A DNA stretch of 64,000 nt from Macrostomum lignano (taxonomy: Eukaryota), in the NCBI GenBank assembly GCA_002269645.1, contig NIVC01003977.1, positions 2,880 through 66,879 on the forward strand. Reading direction: 5' to 3'. A model generated the notes under the pieces. That model was given only the letters and a program-made list of their open reading frames with translations, was not told the DNA's origin and made no database searches. Of this stretch, positions 55,780 through 64,000 are shown one piece after another. Each line of letters starts with the position of its first letter. Position 1 is the first letter of the stretch. The position numbers and the translations under genes are program-made.

Positions 55780-56185
55780 ATTATTATCGGAGATCGGCAA
55801 AGGTCAACGTACGAGCGTACATGCCACACTTGGGTTTTCTAAATGGATTTAGCAGAGATTTAGCTGTTTTGCACAGCGCTGAATGGGGTTTGGCCATAGA
55901 CAAATCCTGCTTGCCGATGTCTGCTGGCATTCCATGAAAATATAGATTGATAGAATTTAATGGCTTGAAAAACTGAAAACTTCCTATCTCGCCATTGTCC
56001 ATGATCAAGATCTTTGGCCTGATATTTTGGAAGTAATTTTAACACGATGAAAAAGTTTTGCGAATGGAAGCTATGATTATGGTTTTATAAGTAATCGGTC
56101 GGCATCCTACGATACAGGAATCCGTGACAATTTTGTCAAGTCTGCCTCACAAAAATATCTTCTAAGCTTTTTCACACAAGGTCAT
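55780..56185 (+). pseudogene. Possible decayed pogo/Tigger-like transposase fragment related to 25.4-25.9 kb
   Basis: Broken frames give DLAVLHSAEWGLAIDK...YDYGFISNR...IRDNFVKSA. 30/32-nt match to 25660-25691 (reverse-complement). Confidence 0.3.
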
Positions 56186-56243
56186 TGCCATGGATACCCC
56201 GTGTAGAGTCCACGTTACCAAGGTCTTTATTCATTGTAAAGGT

Positions 56244-56570
56244 AATAATAATAATAATATTACTAATAATAATAATTGATTACACCTACCCTAATGGTCA
56301 GATGTGCAACCGACAGCTCAGCCGCAGCTATTGCGCGGCGCATCTGAAGGTTGCGCTGCGTAGGCTGTTCAGTCCAAGGACTGGGGGGTCGCCACACACC
56401 CTCAATTACCCCAGCTAATCCTGGCACCCATTTTACAGCTGGGTGAACTGAAGCAATGCAGAGTTAAGTGTCTTGCTCAAGGACACAAATTGTTCCGATT
56501 GGGTCGAGAATCGAACCCCCGACCTTTCAGTCGTGCGTCCGACGCTCTGACCACTAGGCTAAAACCCCTC
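56244..56570 (-). mobile_element. tRNA-derived CORE-like SINE (family A, copy 3)
   Basis: Reverse-complement of the same head (GCCTAGTGGTCAGAGCG...GGTTCGATTC), core (GTGTCCTTGAGCAAGACACTTAAC...CAGCTGTAAAATGGG) and (ATT)n tail. Confidence 0.9.
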
Positions 56571-57846
56571 AGGTGAAAGCCATAAAAATAGCTACGGAAA
56601 ATTGATAGAAAACTGTGTGGTTCCATGTGAATCATGGTTGTGAAAGTAGTTCTTTTTCGCCGTGTTCTTTTGAATGAAATGCATTCACCTCCCAACCACT
56701 TCTGAACTGCTTTCGTGCTTCTTTTGCCCGAAAGATCCAATTTTTTTGTTTTCAGTTGCCATAAAATTATTTTCTGCAAACCAATTCAACTAATTTTATC
56801 AGTTTTCATAAATTCTTTTCTCACACTGCAGAGAGTCACGCACCAGTTACGAGCCTGAACTCATTCGAAATTAAACAATTTTGATTTACAATTCAATTCT
56901 TGAAATTGCAATACAAGGACGTAAAGATGGATTCATTGTGTCTTTTATGTGGTGCAGGGGATTCTCAGTATTCTGCCAAAGAAACACAAGCAGAACGGAT
57001 TGCTAATCTACTCAACACATTATATTGATTAAAGGACAGAATGAATTGCTAATCTACTCCACGGACTAACTTGATTAAAGTAAAGAATGGATTGCTAATC
57101 TACTCCACAGACTAACTTGATTAAGGGATAGAGTGGATTGCTAATCTAGTCTAGAATAAAAATTATTGGAATGGACAAAATGGAGTCTTTAAATAAAAAA
57201 TCTTACAAACTACAAAGTTTGCATTTGCAAAGGGATAAAACTTTGGCTGTAATTATTTAGCACAGGAGCTTTCAAAAAAAGCTTGTACAGCACTTCTTGT
57301 CTATTATGATGGTCAGAGGTTAATAATGGAAAAATAAAACTTGAGAATAATTTGTCCAAAAACTGATGTTAAAAACTGCAAAGACTGATAAAAACACAAC
57401 CCCGGAGATTCGGCAGGAAGTCAGTCTGAAAAATGGAAGTTAAAAAGTTTCATTTCAAACAAACTGTGAACTGGGAAAGCAGTTATCGCAGTCGAGTAAA
57501 CAACTGGAATAAAATGGAAGAATGACATTCGTTATGCTCATAAAATACCTCAAAAATATTAACAACAAAAACAATAAATTTCATTGATAAAACAAGAAAA
57601 GGCTTTGGTTTGTTCCTGACAAAAATTAGTTAAATAACAATAATATATTTTGTTAAACACTGCAATTATCAAATATTCATTCAGCAAGAGCTCATTCATG
57701 AGTATGAATATATCTCTTAGAAAGCGTGCAGAAGTTTTAAAGCAAAATTGAAATGAAAATTGAAGATTTATAGATGTAAAATAAATTTGTTTGACAATGG
57801 CGCTTCAACTTTAATGACAATTGTTTGAAAACTCGAATTTCGCTGT

Positions 57847-58862
57847 TCTGACCAAACACATTGTGGCCTGACCAAACACATTGTGGCCTGACCAAACACA
57901 TTATGGCCTGACCAAACACATTGTGGCCTGACCAAACACATTGTGGCCTGACCAAACACATTATGGCCTGACCAAACACATTGTGGCCTGACCAAACACA
58001 TTGTGGCCTGACCAAACACATTGTGGCCTGACCAAACACATTGTGGCCTGACCAAACACATTGTGGCCTGACCAAACACATTGTGGCCTGACCAAACACA
58101 TTGTGGCCTGACCAAACACATTGTGGCCTGACCAAACACATTGTGGCCTGACCAAACACATTGTGGCCTGACCAAACACATTGTGGCCTGACGAAACACA
58201 TTATGGCCTGACCAAACACATTATGGCATGACCAAACACATTGTGGCCTGACAAAACACATTGTGGCCTGACAAAACACATTGTGGCCTGACCAAACACA
58301 TTATGGCCTGACCAAACACATTGTGGCCTGACCAAACACATTGTGGCCTGACCAAACACATTGTGGCCTGACCAAACACATTATGGCCTGACCAAACACA
58401 TTGTGGCCTCACCAAACACATTATGGCCTGACTAAACACATTATGGCCTGACCAAACACATTGTGGCCTGACCAAACATATTATGGCCTGACCAAACACA
58501 TTGTGGCCTCACCAAACACATTATGGCCTGACTAAACACATTATGGCCTGACCAAACACATTGTGGCCTGACCAAACACATTGTGGCCTCACCAAACACA
58601 TTATGGCCTGACTAAACACATTATGGCCTGACCAAACACATTGTGGCCTGACCAAACACATTATGGCCTGACCAAACACATTGTGGCATCACCAAACACA
58701 TTATGGCCTGACTAAACACATTATGGCCTGACCAAACACATTGTGGCCTGACCAAACACATATGGCCTGACCAAACACATTATGGCCTGACCAAACACAT
58801 TATGGCCTGACCAAACACATTATGGCCTGACCAAACACATTATGGCCTGACCAAACACATTG
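57847..58862. repeat. 20-bp minisatellite (TGACCAAACACATTGTGGCC)n
   Basis: Visible 1-kb array. Confidence 0.97.
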
Positions 58863-59031
58863 TGCTGATAGGAAATAAGTAAATGGTCAAGTTAAGATTA
58901 ATGCTGCTGAGGACAAGCAAAATTGAGCCTTCAAAGAAACTGCCATAGCTATGAAGTGCTTACATACTCTTGCTCACTACAAGCAGTCCCAGAGCAAATC
59001 TCAGTGCCCCACCAGCCTCAACCAGTATTTT

Positions 59032-60476
59032 TCAGATGTCCCTCTTAAAGCCCTTCAAGTCAACGTCGGTGCTCATCAGGCGCTCCAAGTCGTCCAGGGC
59101 CGCCTCCTGGCGCGACTTCACGTCGCTGTCGCTGCCGCCGCCGCCGCCGCCTCCGCCGTCTACAGCGTCTACGCCCCTCGAGTCTCGCGGCTTTGGAGCC
59201 GGCGGCTTTGGAGCCGGCGGCTTCACCGGCTGAGCGACAGGGGATTTCTGGCGCGGCGGCCGACTTGGCGGCTGCTGCGCCTGCGGCGGCTGTTGCGGCG
59301 GAGGAGGCTGACTTGGCGGCTGCTGCGTGTGCGGCGGCTGTTGCGGCGGAGGAGGCCGACTTGGTTGGCTTGGCTGCTGGCTGGGCGCCGGCTGTGTGGG
59401 CTGGTACTGCCCAAAGCCCATCTGTGTTGACGGGCAGTTGAGAGAGAAAATCAATTTTTTGGCTTGTCAAGGTTAATAACACCTAAGGTAGTTTTGCAGC
59501 TTGCCTATCGCGCAGTGTTCTGCTTCCACCCTTTTCCCGATCTTCTAAAACTTTCTCGTTCCTTCAGCGATCTGCCACTCCCTTCCAGTGGCTTCAGCGA
59601 TCTGCCACTCCCTTCCAGTGGCTTCAGCGATCTGCCACTCCCTTCCAGTGGCTTCACGATCTGCCACTCCCTTCCAGTGGCTTCAGCGATCTGCCACTCC
59701 CCTCCAGTGGCTTCAGCGATCTGCCACTCCCTTCCAGTGGCTTCAGCGATCTGCCACTCCCTTCCAGTGGCTTCACGATCTGCCACTCCCTTCCAGTGGC
59801 TTCAGCGATCTGCCACTCCCCTCCAGTGGCTTCAGCGATCTGCCATTCCCTTCCAGTGGCTTCAGCGATCTGCCACTCCCTTCCAGTGGCTTCAGCGATC
59901 TGCCATTCCCTTCCAGTGGCTTCAGCAATCTGCCATTCCCTTCCAGTGGCTTCAGCGATCTGCCATTCCCTTCCAGTGGCTTCAGCGATCTGCCACTCAC
60001 TTCCAGTGGCTTCAGCGATCTGCCACCTGACATCAATTACCTCAACCCTCTATTATATATTATTTGAACTTAGTCTAGTTCCTAAATACTTCTGAATTAG
60101 ATTTCAGACCAGACATTACCGGAGGCTGCAGCTGCTCATAGCTCTGCTGATAGTAGTATGAACTGCCCTGGGCTGGGTAGCCTTGTTGCATGCCGTAGCC
60201 AAAGCCGTAGCCGCCGCCGACCCCGGTGTACGCCGCTGTGGGCGCGAGGCCGTACATTGGCGGCATGGACTGCTGCTGGTTGACTGTGGCGTCAATCTGA
60301 GGCTGGTTCTGCTGCATGAATTGCTGCTGCTGCTGCTGATATTGCTGCTGCTGGAATTGCTGCTGTTCGGGGGAAAGAGCAGTATAGCCGCCCATCGGAT
60401 TAGGCGCTGGGTTGCCCTGGAGAGCGAAACCGTAGGGTGGAGGCGGCGGCTGCTGCTGCTGATTAGGGTGGCTCAT
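59032..60476 (-). CDS. Uncharacterised Q/P/G/Y-rich low-complexity protein (248 aa as annotated; 3' end uncertain)
   Basis: Exon 60476-60120 (ATG; donor CCG|GTAATG) is spliced in phase 0 to exon 59421-59032 (acceptor ACACAG). GC-rich codon usage; no recognisable domain. Confidence 0.7.
59565..60025. repeat. 30-bp intronic minisatellite (CTTCAGCGATCTGCCACTCCCTTCCAGTGG)n
   Basis: Visible. Units contain a GCCACT/AGTGGC inverted pair. Confidence 0.95.
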
Positions 60477-62282
60477 TTTTTCAGCTTGTGTTGTGTCGAT
60501 AAAAAATAATCATGCAAAACAGTTGATTTGATTTTACTCCAGGCTTAAAATAAATATAATTAACTTTAACTTTGACTTTGAGTAAATCATATTCAAATAA
60601 AAGCTATAGTGACTTTAGCTAATGAAATAAAAAGTTATGAACTGTTCAATTATTAATCGATAAAATTTAGGCATAGCCTTCATTATACATAAAAAACTAA
60701 CAGTCAAATCGATCTCTAAAATATATTTTTTATTATAGTCTAGACTTTTAACCTCGCATTGTGAGTTTCAAAGGTACAATAATGTCATGATATAAAGCAT
60801 TTTTTATGAATGGATGGACTTGGAATATGATTCTGTCACGATTATATTTAATTAGCTTAAGCTTGAAAGTACTCATTTGAAGCAAAAATAGAAAATAGAA
60901 TAAAAAATAAGAATCTCCAGAATGTTCAAATGGAAAGTTATTCCTCAAAACATTCTTTCAACTGGTTTTTTAATAATCATAGACGTACTGCGTAGGATAG
61001 GAAAGAGCTAGGCCAGTGAGTTAATTTTTCAAGTCAACTTTTGGTAAGAAAGTGCAATACATTCTACCTACTACAGTGGTCCTTGACATTCTGTCCTAAG
61101 ACTGCTGGCACCAAAACTTTATAAGAAGTTTTTTAGCCCAGAACCATCGTGAATTAATTTTCAGAATCAAATTATTTTTCTAATTGCTTAATGTATTGAA
61201 ATTGTTTTGAAATATATTGAAATAAAAAATGAAATCTCCTAGTCAATTTTTAAATAAAAATGTATATATAGTCATAGTTAAAGACCCTAAATTATTGTTG
61301 AACAGCATCACATAAAACGTGCCAAGAACTATTAATTATGTAACTATTAATTATGTAATTATATATAATTATGTAAATGACTAATATAGTAAGTCCATCA
61401 ATTCAATGAATGATTGAAGGATAACTTTAACGGACAAAAAAGATTATTTTGAGAAGAAAATAAAACTGACAAGTGACGCCTGTAAAATAGTAAAACAAAG
61501 CACATGCATTACAAAGTTTTGATTGCATTTGTATTCAACTTATAGTCACCGAAATGTTGTAAAAGAGTTATTATATTTTTTTATTAAAATTTAAATGTCG
61601 ATAACTGACGTAATGATTTCTGAGAAATTTCACGAACTATATTCTAAAAGCTGAAGGCTAAAAGTTTTCCTTAGTATTTAAAATTTTATTTATTTCATTT
61701 ACCTAAAGTATCTTTTAAGTTTATAAACAACAAGTAAACTAGTAACTAGTAAACTGCGTGTAAATTTATATTTGTCGATGTCGAGTTTGAATAAGTGCTC
61801 TTGCTAAAAATATATATTCATGTACAATTAACGTTGTACTAGAACTATATACATGTACATGTTATAGATACTATGTACATTGTATGTATATTGACATTCA
61901 TAGGCGTGAATATTTTTTGCCTGCATAATTATTTATGCCTTATAGGAAACATTCAAAATTTCATGTACAGATTTTTCAACCGTCTCTTACTTCTTGTGAG
62001 TCGTGACGTACATGTACGGCCATTGAATCAACTTGTATTGCATTGTGGGCTCCTTAAATTACATGTATTTATAAATTTTAATCCCGATAATCGTTGTGCA
62101 TAATGATGACGGACTTTCAGTACTGATGTGATGGCACATACATGTATAAAGCTCCTTCCCCTGTACTGTTCTTACTACTGCCACAAAATGGATTTTTCTT
62201 CTTCTCTATTTCTTGTATCTTCTCTGTTCTGTAATTCCTTCCCTCTTTGTCATCTTCTCTTTTTTATCCTTTGTTTCCACTA

Positions 62283-64000
62283 TGTGATGCTCTGCTGGCA
62301 ACTCTAGTGCTTGATGAATAACGAAGCTCGTATCTTGCTTTGCTTGTTTATTTGGCTTTAGGACCACATTAATGCTAGCGGGGCTTGTAACAAGATTATG
62401 AAACTAGGACACTTATATATTAGGAAGGGATGAGGGAGGCGGCATTTGGGCGCAGCGGCCATAGACTATTGCACGAGCGTATGTCATGTCTCCCTCCAGA
62501 AGGAAAGAGTTGAACTATGTCTCCGAACAATGTAAACTTTATGTTAGGAACTCAACAGATAACTAATTCAAATCCAGCGTGTCAGGTTTCATTTTGGTTA
62601 CTCGTAATGTGTAGCTAATGCGTTTTTTTAGCAGTCATGAGGAGTAGCGGTCTGGTTGGCGACGCATCCGGGTGCTACGGCGAATTCCACCTGCTTCTTG
62701 TTCTTGCGCGCCTTGGGTCGAATTGTCGCTGGGGTTCCCTGCCTCCGTGTTTGCGGGATCTCCTGCCATTGATTCTTCATCGTCGTGTGGCAGTGGAGCA
62801 AGTTGGTTGTCGCTTGCCAAACGCAGTTCGCTCCCGTCCAACACGAAGGCCGTGTTGCGGCCTCGGTTCATCACGTATTCGACAGTGGAGGGTGGAACAT
62901 CCAAAGTTGGCTGATCCAGAACGCGCTCGCCTTGGTTGAACGTGGAGACTACAGGAGCGCGTAGTTGGCGTCCGAAAACAATCTCAGCTGGCGTCTTGCC
63001 CCTACACGTGGATGAGTTTCGGTGATGAAACAGCAATCGCTGTAGATAGGGAACAAATTCAGCGTGGGTGGTTCGTTCGTTCCAGGCCCGCAGAGCTCGT
63101 TTGACTGTCTGGACTGCTCGCTCAGCCGATCCATTGGCCTGGGGATAATAAGTTGGGGATTCCATCTTCTTTATGCCATTTTGGTGCAGCCAGCTTCTCA
63201 GTGAATCGCTGACGAACTCCGGAGCATTGTCCGAAACTAAAAGTTCAGGCACACCAAAGCGTGTGAAAACATTTCTGAGGCATTTAATGATCTGATCTGT
63301 GGATCGATCTTTACAGGGAAAGGCCTCGATCCAACCAGAGTGAGAGTCGACTGCTATCAGGATGTTTCCAACATTCTTTACGTACGCCCAGTCAACGTGA
63401 AGCTTTTGAAACGGGTATTCAGTCGATGGCCAGGTGTCTCTGGTCTTCCCCAATCTGGGCCGCAGCCTGTTGCATACATCACACTGGCTGACAAATCGCT
63501 CGATGTCAGCGCGCATTCCAGGCCACCAGCAGGACAAGCTCATGAAGTTGAGTGTCGCCAGAGACCCAGAGTGAGTGTCATGCGCTGCACGAAAAGCTTC
63601 TTTCCGCAGTCTTGGCGGAATGTAGACCTGGCGACCCTTGAACAGTAAGCCGTCCTCGATAGTTAGGCATTGCGATACGGCCTGGAATGGTTTCTCAGCC
63701 TGAGAACAGCCAGCCCAGTTTCCCGAGCGAATTCGGTGCATCACTTTTTTTATGAGCTCATCCAACTCTAGCTCTGCGGCAACCCGGTTCTTGGAATGAC
63801 AGACGGCTCGAAGGCAACGCAATCAATGGCTTCGCAGACTTCCGTCGAATCGTTAGATGAGTCAGTGAAGCGTAGGCGAAAAGCGCATCGGCATGTGGAA
63901 TTCTTCTCTCCTGGTATATAGCGTATGGTGTAGTCAAGGTGCATCATCGCGAGTGCCCATCTGCTAATGCGAGCGGAGGTGTTCAGCGGCACCCGCGAGA
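62283..64000 (-). mobile_element. Gypsy LTR retrotransposon 3' part (RNase H end, integrase, putative 3' LTR), running off the window
   Basis: RNase H-end RWALAMMHLDYTIRYIPG (63992-63768) is frameshifted into integrase ORF 63822-62635 (H..H..C..C; LHVDW, VSDNAPEF and YPQANGSAER, so the DDE triad is intact). A purine tract GGAGGGAGA at ~62.49 kb and a TATA-containing ~200-bp segment ending in CA at 62283 are a tentative LTR. Confidence 0.9.

Noticed and set aside
57737-58499. Cys/Trp-rich repeat ORFs (QATMCLVRPQCVWSGHNVFG)n
   Set aside because: They are translations of a 20-bp satellite with no start or splice context.

Overview
Eukaryotic (invertebrate-type) genomic DNA. It has GC-rich spliced exons, GT-AG introns and very dense tandem repeats. 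The style is compatible with a flatworm such as Macrostomum, but the species cannot be proven from the sequence. Five spliced genes were built by hand. (1) A Fos/ATF3-like bZIP factor (-). (2) An 824-aa leishmanolysin/invadolysin (M8)-like type I membrane protein (-) that has lost its HExxH zinc motif and carries a Ser/Thr stalk, a SEA-like domain, a TM helix and an RGG tail; this is the most unusual object in the window. (3) A complete 9-exon CDKL1-like kinase (+). (4) An SLC9B/NHA-like Na+/H+ antiporter (+) with three small frameshifts. (5) An orphan Q/P/G/Y-rich protein (-). Mobile DNA comprises two Gypsy fragments, a decayed THAP/P-element-like transposase, three tRNA-derived SINEs with a MIR/CORE-like domain, a second SINE family, two MITEs with 8-bp TSDs and possible pogo-like relics. 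About 25 mini/microsatellite arrays are present, many in introns, including a telomere-like array. No CRISPR array, rRNA or intact tRNA gene was found. All calls come from manual reading; no database search was run.
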